Shown: positions 7,457 to 16,625 of the stretch, piece after piece | Numbering within the stretch: the first letter of the stretch is position 1 | Layout: every line of letters begins with the position of its first letter | DNA from: a virus | DNA: 51,030 nucleotides | Virus record (IMG/VR): IMGVR_UViG_3300045988_128615 | Coordinates: 1 to 51,030 of that record | Strand: one strand, 5' to 3' | Made by a program: the position numbers and the translations under genes | Notes under the pieces: generated by a model | The model's input: only the letters and a program-made list of their open reading frames with translations | The model's database searches: none | Told to the model about the DNA's origin: nothing

Positions 7457-8212
7457 ATGAAAGATATTGAACTCTATAGAGATTCATTTCAAAATTTTCG
7501 TAGCTATCAATTACCTAAAGCACAATTGATTATAGCGGATGTGCCTTATAATTTGGGTACTAATGCTTATGCAAGCAATCCTTCATGGTATAAAAATGGG
7601 GATAATAAAAACGGAGAGAGCGATCTTGCTGGGAAAAAGTTTTTTAATTCAGAAAATGAATTTCGTCCTGTCGAGTTTATGCATTTTTGCAGTGACATGA
7701 TGGTAAAAGAACCGAAGAAACCCGGTAAATCCCCTTGCATGATAATATTCTGCGAATACGAACAGCAGTTCATGTTCATAGAACTTGGTAAGAAGTACGG
7801 GCTAATGAAATACATTCCGTTGGTATTCCGTAAGAACTTTTCCGCACAAGTATTAAAAGCCAATATGAAGATTGTTGGTAATTGTGAATACGGTTTGTTG
7901 TTATATAGAGATAAACTACCGAAATTCAATAATGATGGAAGGATGATATTCAACTGCTTCGACTGGGTTAGAGATGATGATAATCCTAAAGTACATCCAA
8001 CACAGAAACCTATTCCCTTACTTCGTAGACTGATTGAAATCTTCACCGATAAGGGTGATGTAGTTATAGACCCTGTAGCTGGAAGTGGAAGTACGCTTTT
8101 GGCTGCTGCGCAATGTGGAAGAAAGGCATACGGTTTTGAGATCGACAGGAATTTCTACAATGATGCTAACAAGTACATTTTATCAAGAATTCAAAAAACA
8201 TTATTTCAATGA
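7457..8212 (+). CDS. DNA methyltransferase (N6-adenine or N4-cytosine type)
   Basis: Motif IV-like IIADVPYN comes before motif I VIDPVAGSGSTLLAA (beta-class order). Confidence 0.8.
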   Translation: MKDIELYRDSFQNFRSYQLPKAQLIIADVPYNLGTNAYASNPSWYKNGDNKNGESDLAGKKFFNSENEFRPVEFMHFCSDMMVKEPKKPGKSPCMIIFCEYEQQFMFIELGKKYGLMKYIPLVFRKNFSAQVLKANMKIVGNCEYGLLLYRDKLPKFNNDGRMIFNCFDWVRDDDNPKVHPTQKPIPLLRRLIEIFTDKGDVVIDPVAGSGSTLLAAAQCGRKAYGFEIDRNFYNDANKYILSRIQKTLFQ

Positions 8213-8391
8213 ATACCGAAACGCTTATAAAGATACGTGAATGGGAAGCGGAACGCGACAGAAACCTGCGCATCCACTGTCCTCTTGTAGCTGCCAAGTT
8301 TCAAAGATGGATTGACAGGGTGAAGAAAGAGGACGATAGACCGCATTCCCAGCCCTGTGACAAGAATTTCAACAAGAAAGCCTGTAGTTGA
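8209..8391 (+). CDS. hypothetical protein
   Basis: 60-aa ORF whose ATG overlaps the methyltransferase stop (ATGA). Confidence 0.45.
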   Translation: MNTETLIKIREWEAERDRNLRIHCPLVAAKFQRWIDRVKKEDDRPHSQPCDKNFNKKACS

Positions 8392-8471
8392 TGCTTCCAT
8401 GTAGTAAAATTAATTGTACGGCTTTAAAATAGCTTGTATCAAATAGAATAATTGTTAAAAAATACACGATC

Positions 8472-8864
8472 ATGCAAGGAACAGACAAACTGAATACGAT
8501 GACCAACATCGTATTTGTCCTCACGGACGTTTTAGAAACCAACCTTCTAGAAATGCAGCAGCAATACAAGAAAGAAGGCTTTGAACTCAGACACGATTCA
8601 AAAAGAAACTTCAACACAGCCATAGCCGCGATAAAGAGATTGAAAAGTGATGTGAATCATTGCAGCGAATCCACTCAGGAAAACTTCGGCAATGATTCTG
8701 ACATGGTGAACGCCATGTTGCTCACACTGATTGACAGATGCGGTGATGATGACAACCTCGCTTATAAGATGTACGAATACATTAAATCTTTCCCGTCCAA
8801 ACTGAATCTAGACTTGGATTTGGATAATGCGTTCAGCCACCTGTTTAAAAAGGAGAAGTTATGA
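8472..8864 (+). CDS. hypothetical protein
   Basis: 130-aa ORF. Its stop overlaps the start of the next methyltransferase gene. Confidence 0.55.
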   Translation: MQGTDKLNTMTNIVFVLTDVLETNLLEMQQQYKKEGFELRHDSKRNFNTAIAAIKRLKSDVNHCSESTQENFGNDSDMVNAMLLTLIDRCGDDDNLAYKMYEYIKSFPSKLNLDLDLDNAFSHLFKKEKL

Positions 8865-10690
8865 AATCGCAGAAAGACATCTTAAAATCCATTGAAGGTC
8901 TGTCCGATATAGAACTATTTGTTATTGATCTCTTTTGTGGCGCTGGTGGCTTATCCGAAGGTGTGGAAGCAGCACGATTGGATGGAAATAAATGTGCAAA
9001 AGTTGTTTGTTGTGTGAACCATGACAAGAATGCCATTCTTTCACATGATGCCAATATCCCTGATGCACTTCACTTTATTGAGGATATCCGTACACTGGAA
9101 CTTTCCCCGATAAGCACTATTGTAGAACGTATCCGTCAGCTATACCCTGATGCCATGATAATGCTTCATGCCTCTTTGGAGTGTACTAACTTCTCGAAAG
9201 CCAAAGGCGGTCAGCCGAGAGATGCCGACAGCCGAACGTTGGCAGAACATCTCTTCCGTTATATTGATGTTATAGGCCCTGACTACATTCAGATTGAAAA
9301 TGTAGAAGAGTTTATGTCATGGGGAGATATGGATGAGAATGGGAAACCTATCAGCATGGACAAAGGCCGGCTTTATCAAAAGTGGGTGCGCAATGTCAAG
9401 AAGTACGGTTACAACTTTGAGCACCGCATCTTAAATGCTGCCGACTTCGGTGCCTACACCACAAGAAAACGCTTCTTCGGCATCTTTGCTAAAAAGAACT
9501 TGCCGATAGTATTCCCAGAACCGACCCATTGTAAAGGTGGTAGGCAAAATATGTTCTCGCGGCTGGAGAAGTGGAAGCCGGTAAAAGATGTGCTTGATTT
9601 CTCTGATGAAGGAACTACCATCTTCAGGGAAAAGCCTCTTGCAGAGAAAACGCTTGAACGTATCTATGCTGGACTTATCAAGTTTGTAGCCGGAGGAAAG
9701 GATGCTTTCCTTTCCCGTTACAATACGGTTCGCCCTCAAGACACATGCAAATCAGTTGATGAACCATGCGGAGTGTTGACTACTGAAAACCGCTTTGCAA
9801 AGGTACAGGTAAGTTTCCTCTCCAAACAGTTCAGCGGACATCCCGAAAGCAAGAATGTGTCTGTAGAAGAACCGGCAGGTGCAATCACCTGCAAAGACCA
9901 CCATGTTTTTGTTTCTGCTTATTATGGAAATGGACATAATCATTCGGTAGACCTTCCAGCTCCAACGGTCACAACGAAGGACAGGATGGCTTTAATTGAA
10001 AGCCGATTTATGTGTTCTTATAACTTTAAGGATACAGGAAAGGATATTAATCAGCCTTGTCCTACACTTCTGACTAAAGACAGACTTTCCCTTGTATCTC
10101 CATTTTTTATGAATCAATATTCTGGAGGTGGTCAGGTGTCTGATATAAACTCGCCATGCCCCGCTGTTACCACAACACCGAAACAAAACTTGGTAACATA
10201 CCAGCCGTGGATAATGAATACTGCATTCTCAAATGTAGGTAGCAGTATAGAGGAACCCTCCCAGACCATTACCGCAAACAGGAAATGGCACTATCTGATG
10301 AATCCACAGTTCAACAGTGCTGGCGGCTCTGTTGATAGCCCCTGCTTCACATTAATAGCCCGCATGGATAAGATGCCGCCTTATCTGGTAGCAACAGAAA
10401 GCGGTCAGGTAGCGATTGAAATCTACAACAATGATAGTCCTATGACCGTGAAGATAAAGGAGTTCATGGCACTGTATGGCATAGTGGATATTAAAATGCG
10501 GATGCTTCGCATTCCGGAACTCAAAAAGATTATGGGATTCCCTGAAGATTATGTTTTAATAGGCACACAAGCTGACCAAAAGAAATTTATCGGGAATGCG
10601 GTGGAGGTTACACAAGCGAGAAAAAATACTGAAGCACTTTGCAAAGTATTGAGAAAGTTGAGATTGAAGAAATCAAAAGAAATAGCTTAA
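8861..10690 (+). CDS. DNA (cytosine-5)-methyltransferase
   Basis: Motif I DLFCGAGGLSEG, motif IV variant SLECTNFSKAKGG, motif VI IENVEEF, motif VIII TRKRFF and motif X GNAVEV. Confidence 0.85.
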   Translation: MKSQKDILKSIEGLSDIELFVIDLFCGAGGLSEGVEAARLDGNKCAKVVCCVNHDKNAILSHDANIPDALHFIEDIRTLELSPISTIVERIRQLYPDAMIMLHASLECTNFSKAKGGQPRDADSRTLAEHLFRYIDVIGPDYIQIENVEEFMSWGDMDENGKPISMDKGRLYQKWVRNVKKYGYNFEHRILNAADFGAYTTRKRFFGIFAKKNLPIVFPEPTHCKGGRQNMFSRLEKWKPVKDVLDFSDEGTTIFREKPLAEKTLERIYAGLIKFVAGGKDAFLSRYNTVRPQDTCKSVDEPCGVLTTENRFAKVQVSFLSKQFSGHPESKNVSVEEPAGAITCKDHHVFVSAYYGNGHNHSVDLPAPTVTTKDRMALIESRFMCSYNFKDTGKDINQPCPTLLTKDRLSLVSPFFMNQYSGGGQVSDINSPCPAVTTTPKQNLVTYQPWIMNTAFSNVGSSIEEPSQTITANRKWHYLMNPQFNSAGGSVDSPCFTLIARMDKMPPYLVATESGQVAIEIYNNDSPMTVKIKEFMALYGIVDIKMRMLRIPELKKIMGFPEDYVLIGTQADQKKFIGNAVEVTQARKNTEALCKVLRKLRLKKSKEIA

Positions 10691-11172
10691 TGGAAAATGG
10701 AAAACTTATATTAGATGCCTGTTGTGGCAGTAGAATGTTTTGGTTTGACAAAAAAAACCCTTTGGCTTTGTTTGCTGACATTAGGGACGAAGAATACATT
10801 CTTTGTGATGGGCGGAATCTGAAAGTCCACCCAGACATCGTATCGGACTTTACCGATATGCCGTTTTTGGATAAATCCTTTAAACTGGTAGTGTTTGATC
10901 CACCCCATTTGCTAAAGGTTGGCAAAAATAGTTGGTTAGCCAAGAAGTATGGTAAACTTCCTGAAGATTGGCCAAGGGTGATAAAAAAGGGAATTGATGA
11001 ATGCTTTCGTGTTCTGGATGACTACGGAGTTCTGATTTTCAAATGGAATGAGGATCAGATAACAGTTAGGGAAGTATTGAGTGCCATCAATCGGCAACCA
11101 CTCTTCGGCCATACTACTGGAAGACATGGAAAGACTATGTGGATGTGTTTTATGAAACTGCCAATTAACTAA
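10690..11172 (+). CDS. small SAM-dependent (probably DNA) methyltransferase
   Basis: The ATG shares one base with the upstream TAA (TAATG). Motifs LDACCGSRMFW and VVFDPPH (DPPH catalytic-type) are present. Confidence 0.6.
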   Translation: MENGKLILDACCGSRMFWFDKKNPLALFADIRDEEYILCDGRNLKVHPDIVSDFTDMPFLDKSFKLVVFDPPHLLKVGKNSWLAKKYGKLPEDWPRVIKKGIDECFRVLDDYGVLIFKWNEDQITVREVLSAINRQPLFGHTTGRHGKTMWMCFMKLPIN

Positions 11173-11197
11173 TAATTAATTTAGAAAGGAATGAATT

Positions 11198-11416
11198 ATG
11201 AATAAAAGAACAATTCAAATAGATGTTATCGGTCCGATAGAAGAAACTGAATTAATGAAATGTAAATTGTATGTTGATGGTCGTGTGTGTGTAATCGGAA
11301 TGTCACTATATGACTATGAAGAGTTAATGCGAGAAAAAGTGTTTATCCGGGATGGTAAGAGCGTTGATTCTGCTGGTGTGATAAACACGACTAACACTTT
11401 CATCGAAAAAGATTAA
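11198..11416 (+). CDS. hypothetical protein
   Basis: 72-aa ORF in the same-strand array. Confidence 0.5.
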   Translation: MNKRTIQIDVIGPIEETELMKCKLYVDGRVCVIGMSLYDYEELMREKVFIRDGKSVDSAGVINTTNTFIEKD

Positions 11417-11490
11417 TATTTAAAACTGATTAGTTAGGAACAAGGTCAAGGCTTTCATCAGAAAGCTGAAACGAAGGAAAAAGGCGGAAC

Positions 11491-11703
11491 ATGAAAACTG
11501 CTGACGGTTATCCTGTGGTATGTTACGGTGTAAAAGGTAAATACAATATACATCGCATCTGCCGCCGTTGTGCCATAACCGTAAATACGATTCGATTCCC
11601 GAAAAGCCATGCTACAGGCTTCATGGAATACACCTGTTGGGCAGAAGAGAATGCCCGATCTTTGAACAAAAAATTATCGCAATATCAAAATAACGAAAAA
11701 TAA
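11491..11703 (+). CDS. hypothetical protein
   Basis: 70-aa ORF in the same-strand array. Confidence 0.5.
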   Translation: MKTADGYPVVCYGVKGKYNIHRICRRCAITVNTIRFPKSHATGFMEYTCWAEENARSLNKKLSQYQNNEK

Positions 11704-11711
11704 ACAATATC

Positions 11712-12431
11712 ATGGAACAGAAAATAAAGGCTTATAAAGCATTTGATAAGGATTTATCTTGTAGAGGATTTAAGTATAAGGTAGGTAAGGAGTATGAAGA
11801 AACAGGCGACATAAAGGCATGCGAGAAAGGTTTTCATGCGTGTCCTTATCCTCTGGATGTTTTTGGTTACTATGCGCCAGCCGGGTCAAGGTTTTGTGAG
11901 GTTGAGCAGAGTGGTAAAATAGACGATTCAGAAAGTGACAAGGTTTGTTCTTCAAAAATAAGAATAGGTGCTGAGCTTGATATAAGGGGGCTTGTGAAAG
12001 CAGCTGTATCTTATGTCAAGGAACGGTGTACTAACGAGTATAATGCGGAACCGGGAAAACCTGCTATGACTGGTTATAGAGGTGTTGCCACGGCTGGTGA
12101 TAGAGGTGTTGCCACGGCTGGTGATAGAGGTGTTGCCATGGCTGGTAATTGTGGTGCTGCCACGGCTGGTGATAGAGGTGCTGCCACGGCTGGTGATGGA
12201 GGTGCTGCCACGGCAAGAGGGAAGGCTTCAACAGGATATAATGGTTTGTCAGTAGCAAGAGGGAAAAATGTTCAGGTAAAAGGCGGAATAGGTGCAATTT
12301 TGGTCATAGCTGAGGAAAGGGATGATACGTATGATATTGTTGATTGGAAGGCTGTAGCAGTTGATGGTGAGGTTGTCAAGGCTGATACATGGTATAGACT
12401 GGAAAACGGTGAGTTAGTGGAAGTTGATTAA
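11712..12431 (+). CDS. repeat protein of unknown function (Cys/His-containing N-domain plus Gly/Ala-rich 8-aa repeats)
   Basis: 239 aa. N-domain contains KAFDKDLSCRGFKYKVGKEY..ACEKGFHACPYP. The centre is GYRGVATA GDRGVATA GDRGVAMA GNCGAATA GDRGAATA GDGGAATA. Confidence 0.65.
   Translation: MEQKIKAYKAFDKDLSCRGFKYKVGKEYEETGDIKACEKGFHACPYPLDVFGYYAPAGSRFCEVEQSGKIDDSESDKVCSSKIRIGAELDIRGLVKAAVSYVKERCTNEYNAEPGKPAMTGYRGVATAGDRGVATAGDRGVAMAGNCGAATAGDRGAATAGDGGAATARGKASTGYNGLSVARGKNVQVKGGIGAILVIAEERDDTYDIVDWKAVAVDGEVVKADTWYRLENGELVEVD
12072..12215 (+). repeat. 24-nt tandem repeat, 6 units, in frame
   Basis: GGTGATAGAGGTGTTGCCACGGCT-type units lie head to tail with a few substitutions. Confidence 0.9.
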
Positions 12432-12496
12432 CAGCTTGCTGATATTACAATAAGAATTTAATTGATAATAATTACCATTTACCTGACATCAGGAAA

Positions 12497-12913
12497 ATGG
12501 TTCAAAACATATCAGATATGAGTGAATTATATATACCGCCTGAGCGATTTGAGAGAGACTTTATTACCGGACGATTTTTAAAGGGTTGTGTTTCTCGCAA
12601 CAAGGGTCGTAAAATGGTTTATCATTCAAAACGTTCCAAGGCCAGAAGTATAAAAAATCTGTCTAAAGGACGTGGGGCTTGGCATAAGACTGGTGCAGGC
12701 ATGAATAAAAAGAGCGTTGTTTTGATAAAGGATGAGAAATTATGTGGAGTATTCCCTTCGATACAAATGGCTGGTAAGATGATTGGCGTGGCTCCTTCTC
12801 TGATCAGTGCTATATGTCGGAAAGTGAGAGGCAAACATACGGCTAATGGATACAGATGTTTTTTTGAAGATAGCAATGATTGGTATAATTTAATTAAACA
12901 AGATTATGAATAA
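12497..12913 (+). CDS. NUMOD-like DNA-binding protein (homing-endonuclease-type binding modules, no nuclease motif seen)
   Basis: RFLKGCVSRNKGRK is NUMOD3-like. VFPSIQMAGKMIGVAPSLISAICRKVRGKHTANGYRCFF is a NUMOD1-like HTH. Confidence 0.4.
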   Translation: MVQNISDMSELYIPPERFERDFITGRFLKGCVSRNKGRKMVYHSKRSKARSIKNLSKGRGAWHKTGAGMNKKSVVLIKDEKLCGVFPSIQMAGKMIGVAPSLISAICRKVRGKHTANGYRCFFEDSNDWYNLIKQDYE

Positions 12914-14012
12914 TGACAGGCAGAAGATATTAACTGATTATATTTCTTACATATACACGACAGGAAGGACTTATGATACTGTCGGGAAATATATCAAGCA
13001 TGTCACGGATTTTTTAGAGATGACCAAAGAAGTGAACCGCCGTGGTTATTTGAATTACAAGCGTGAAAATGCAGATGTCATGGTGCGTCATTCGCTAATG
13101 TGTTCAGCGATATGCGATCTATTATCCTATCTCAACATCGGATATGGAAAAAGGGAAAAGGCGGTGAAACCTTTGGAAAAGCTTGACGTCATTTCAGAGA
13201 AAAATAAGAAACTACTCCATGATTTCATAATATGGTTGACTGATAACAATGATTACTCTTCTCATACAGTTGATATATATTACACATCCATGAAGAAGTA
13301 TTTCGAATACGCCAATGAGGTAAACATGGATAATTGCAGGAGGTTTATAAAAAGTCTTGAAGAAGAAAAATTATCTCCCGCTACCATCCGTTTGCGGATT
13401 ACAGCAATCGAAAGATTCTCTAAATGGCTGAAGAAGCCTATAGAACTGAAGCGCCCCAAAATAAAGCGCAAACTTGATGTGAACAATGTGCCGACCGAGG
13501 AGGAATATAACCGGCTGTTGGAATATCTCAAGGCAAAAAACAATAAGGATTACTATTTCTTTATTAAGGTTTTGGGTACAACGGGCGCCCGTCTGTCGGA
13601 ATTTCAACGATTTACATGGGAGGATATAATTAGTGGTGAGGTTACATTGAAAGGTAAAGGTAACAAGTACAGACGTTTTTTCTTTCAAAAGCAATTGCAG
13701 CAAGAAGCGAAGGCTTATGCTAAGGAACATGGTAAGACCGGGATTTTCGCAGTAGGGAGATTCGGTCCGATCACACAGCGGGGCTTTTCCCAGCACTTGA
13801 AAGCATGGGGAAAACATTGCGGTATTGATTCAAGGAAGATGCACGCCCACGCCTTTCGTCATTTTTTCGCTAAAATGTTCCTGAAAAAAAACAAAGATGT
13901 TATTCAACTGGCTGACCTTTTAGGTCATGGGAGTGTAGACACAACAAGAATTTATTTGCAGAAAAGTTATGACGAACAAAAAAAAGATTTTAATCGAAAC
14001 GTTACATGGTAG
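12906..14012 (+). CDS. tyrosine recombinase (XerC/D-like integrase family)
   Basis: Catalytic pattern TGARLSE ... HAFRHFFA ... LLGHGSVDTTRIY (R, H-x-x-R, H, Y). SAM-like N-domains are present. No arm-binding domain was recognised. Confidence 0.85.
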   Translation: MNNDRQKILTDYISYIYTTGRTYDTVGKYIKHVTDFLEMTKEVNRRGYLNYKRENADVMVRHSLMCSAICDLLSYLNIGYGKREKAVKPLEKLDVISEKNKKLLHDFIIWLTDNNDYSSHTVDIYYTSMKKYFEYANEVNMDNCRRFIKSLEEEKLSPATIRLRITAIERFSKWLKKPIELKRPKIKRKLDVNNVPTEEEYNRLLEYLKAKNNKDYYFFIKVLGTTGARLSEFQRFTWEDIISGEVTLKGKGNKYRRFFFQKQLQQEAKAYAKEHGKTGIFAVGRFGPITQRGFSQHLKAWGKHCGIDSRKMHAHAFRHFFAKMFLKKNKDVIQLADLLGHGSVDTTRIYLQKSYDEQKKDFNRNVTW

Positions 14013-14961
14013 TGTTGCGCAGCTCAATGAACTGTCATCCATGACCGAAGGGATAGACATCTATGACGATACCGGGCATGTTGACACCGATTTCTTGATC
14101 GAAGCGCTATCCTGTGTCAATACCTTCGTGAATGCGAGCAATACGGTTGTTCAAAAAATTTCCTCACTGTTAGCACCTGACGCCCCGGTTGGGGAAAAGA
14201 AGAAACAGGCTGACGAAGGTAAAAAATGGAATGTAGAAGAAATACTGAAACATTGTACTCTTGAGAACAATATCCTCAAACTTCCTCAAGTTCAATTCAA
14301 TAAAAAATCTTATGCCGAAGCAAAGAAGTGGATAGAAGAAGCTGGCGGCTCATGGCAAGGTGGGAAGATACAGGGTTTCACATTCCCGTTTAATCCGGAG
14401 CGTGTGTTTTCCATGCTGAAAGAGGGTAAACGGTGCAACCTACAGCAGGATTACCAGTTTTTTGAAACTCCGGCCGATGTTGCTGACTGGCTGGTTATGC
14501 TTGCCGGAGGGATACATGAAGATGATACGGTACTGGAGCCGAGTGCCGGGCGTGGCGCCCTTATAAAAGCAATCCACCGGGCTTGTCCTTCTGTAATGGT
14601 TGAATGTTATGAGCTGATGCCGGAAAACAGAGAATTTCTTCATACCCTTAACAACGTAATATTGCTTGATGAAGACTTTACCAAAGACAGTGTAGGTAGT
14701 TACACTAAGATTATTGCAAATCCTCCGTTTTCCAGTAATCAGGATATAGAGCATGTCAGGCTTATGTATGATCGATTGGAAGAGGGTGGAACCCTTGCGG
14801 CAATAACCGGCCAACACTGGAAATTTGCTTCGGAAAAGAAATGTATTGATTTCCGCAACTGGCTGAAAGAAGTACATGGAGAAGTGTTTGAAATCAGCGC
14901 AGGCGAGTTTAAAGAGAGTGGCACTTCTATTAGTACAATGGCGGTAGTTATAAAAAAATAA
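13969..14961 (+). CDS. N6-adenine DNA methyltransferase with about 150-aa N-terminal extension
   Basis: Motif I VLEPSAGRGALI and motif IV IIANPPFS. The start is uncertain because of a 44-nt overlap with the recombinase gene. Confidence 0.8.
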   Translation: MTNKKKILIETLHGSVAQLNELSSMTEGIDIYDDTGHVDTDFLIEALSCVNTFVNASNTVVQKISSLLAPDAPVGEKKKQADEGKKWNVEEILKHCTLENNILKLPQVQFNKKSYAEAKKWIEEAGGSWQGGKIQGFTFPFNPERVFSMLKEGKRCNLQQDYQFFETPADVADWLVMLAGGIHEDDTVLEPSAGRGALIKAIHRACPSVMVECYELMPENREFLHTLNNVILLDEDFTKDSVGSYTKIIANPPFSSNQDIEHVRLMYDRLEEGGTLAAITGQHWKFASEKKCIDFRNWLKEVHGEVFEISAGEFKESGTSISTMAVVIKK

Positions 14962-14978
14962 TTCAAAATGATATAGAA

Positions 14979-15197
14979 ATGAATATGATATTCCTGAAAA
15001 GAAAACCAGCCTCTTTTTTTGAAAAAAAGCAGGCAAAGGTTTTAGAAACTATACAATCTCTTGTTTCAAAGATTGATGTGGGTGAAATAGTTTCCGTATC
15101 AAAAGGATATGGAGGATTCACAGTAACTACCCCTGATGGTAGATGTATTAAGAAAGTTGAAGCTATTAAATTAGATTTAATACAGATTGAGATATGA
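14979..15197 (+). CDS. hypothetical protein
   Basis: 72-aa ORF in the same-strand array. Confidence 0.45.
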   Translation: MNMIFLKRKPASFFEKKQAKVLETIQSLVSKIDVGEIVSVSKGYGGFTVTTPDGRCIKKVEAIKLDLIQIEI

Positions 15198-15224
15198 AAA
15201 GATTGAGTAAATATAGATACTACA

Positions 15225-15539
15225 ATGGAAACGAAAGTAACTAAAGATGGATTTGTTTGGTTGGTAGTACCAGACAATTATGCAATGGAGATGTGGAAAG
15301 CCAACCTCGCCACATTGTATGTACTGCATAATGATGACAGTGAAACAATGGTAGAAACGGATCTGCAAATGGCTGATGCTATACATGACGGAGAGCGAAT
15401 TGGCATTGAGGTTGGATTCATCAAAGGCCTGCTCCCGGCCTGTCCCCAATGCGGCAGTAGGCTGGTGCCAAGTAGAAACCCTGAATATGAATGGGAGTGT
15501 TTAGAGTGTGATGAAGATTTTAAAACGTGTGAGTTATGA
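15225..15539 (+). CDS. hypothetical zinc-ribbon protein
   Basis: 104 aa with a C-terminal CPQCGS..x16..CLEC pattern. Confidence 0.55.
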   Translation: METKVTKDGFVWLVVPDNYAMEMWKANLATLYVLHNDDSETMVETDLQMADAIHDGERIGIEVGFIKGLLPACPQCGSRLVPSRNPEYEWECLECDEDFKTCEL

Positions 15540-15736
15540 TACAACAAGAACTGAATAACATATCAACCTACGTGGTTGGCGATTTTATTATTAAAGTGAT
15601 AGATGCTCATAATGTAAGAATAACAACAGATAGAGGAACTGTGTTGGTTTGCCCTAGATCGGACAACTCTATAATTGTAAAATCATCAAAAGAAGATAAA
15701 AATGAACAAAGAAGAATTTCAGACAAAGAAAAATGA
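15536..15736 (+). CDS. hypothetical protein
   Basis: 66-aa ORF with ATGA overlap to the upstream stop. Confidence 0.5.
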   Translation: MIQQELNNISTYVVGDFIIKVIDAHNVRITTDRGTVLVCPRSDNSIIVKSSKEDKNEQRRISDKEK

Positions 15737-16046
15737 TATTGATTCAAAAATAAGGGAATTGAAAAATCAGAAAATTCAGTTGGAAAAGGAATACATTGAA
15801 TCCAACCAAGGATTTCCTGTTGGAAGCAAGGTCTGTATAACGGTCATGGCTCATGAAAGATATACTTTTTGGAACAATGAAAGGATATTGGTTCCCGAAG
15901 CGAAGAAGTTAGCCTATATTGCAGATTATGAGATTGATGATGACGGAGAGGTTGTCCCCTCTTTAAGACAGTTGGATTACAATGGGGGCATGTCAGCAAT
16001 ACCTTTATTTGTTAATTTAAAGAAGGCTATAATTGAATTAGTGTAA
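15702..16046 (+). CDS. hypothetical protein
   Basis: 114-aa ORF with an N-terminal coiled-coil-like region. Confidence 0.5.
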   Translation: MNKEEFQTKKNDIDSKIRELKNQKIQLEKEYIESNQGFPVGSKVCITVMAHERYTFWNNERILVPEAKKLAYIADYEIDDDGEVVPSLRQLDYNGGMSAIPLFVNLKKAIIELV

Positions 16047-16058
16047 ATCAATATAATT

Positions 16059-16292
16059 ATGAATGAAGTTAGAAAGCTATATAACGATGATGGATGCGTT
16101 CTTAAAGAGGCGTCTAGCAATGACTATGAATCATGGAGTTCAGCAAGAACACTTGGTCCTATGGAAAGAAGGAAAGAATACAGAAACCTATGTTATAATT
16201 TTGAATATGAGCGGAGAACTAATATCCCTCACTGTGCAAAGAAAGGTGTATGTGATGAGGATTGCGAATACATGAGAAATTTCAAAGGATAG
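16059..16292 (+). CDS. hypothetical Cys-rich protein
   Basis: 77-aa ORF, preferred over the overlapping alternative frame 16063..16275. Confidence 0.5.
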   Translation: MNEVRKLYNDDGCVLKEASSNDYESWSSARTLGPMERRKEYRNLCYNFEYERRTNIPHCAKKGVCDEDCEYMRNFKG

Positions 16293-16295
16293 GAT

Positions 16296-16625
16296 ATGAA
16301 ACAGACAGTAGAAGAAGCGGCAAAAAAATATTCCAATGATTGCAGAAACAGGCAGCTTCATTGTGAACCATACTGCATTGTTGACTTTATTTCTGGTGCA
16401 GAGTGGCAGTCAAAGCAATCGCCTTGGATAAGTGTTAAGGAACGGTTGCCAGAACCAAACAAGCTTGTCCTTTGCAGAATGGTATCAAATGGAGCGATTG
16501 TTAGTGGCTATATCGTTGTTTCATCCGGGAGATCGCCATACGTTGCGACAGACGGAGGATTTGAATTTGAGGATTGGAACGGCTACGAGTGTGACATGTG
16601 GATGTTACATCCCGTCTTTCGATGA
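16296..16625 (+). CDS. DUF551-like protein
   Basis: The WISVKERLPEPNKLVLC motif is present. A possible +1 extension to 16680 is described in the findings. Confidence 0.6.
   Translation: MKQTVEEAAKKYSNDCRNRQLHCEPYCIVDFISGAEWQSKQSPWISVKERLPEPNKLVLCRMVSNGAIVSGYIVVSSGRSPYVATDGGFEFEDWNGYECDMWMLHPVFR

Noticed and set aside
12072-12215. CRISPR array or DGR template/variable repeat
   Set aside because: The units are contiguous with no spacers, in frame and inside a gene. No cas genes and no reverse transcriptase gene exist anywhere in the window.
12906-14012. Calling the recombinase a lysogeny integrase with a defined attP
   Set aside because: The catalytic motifs support only 'tyrosine recombinase'. 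No flanking non-coding DNA or arm-type repeats were found, so integrase, invertase and resolvase roles cannot be distinguished from sequence alone.
16063-16275. 70-aa ORF in an alternative frame to 16059..16292
   Set aside because: It is almost fully nested in the longer ORF, which starts closer to the upstream stop and ends 3 nt before the next gene.
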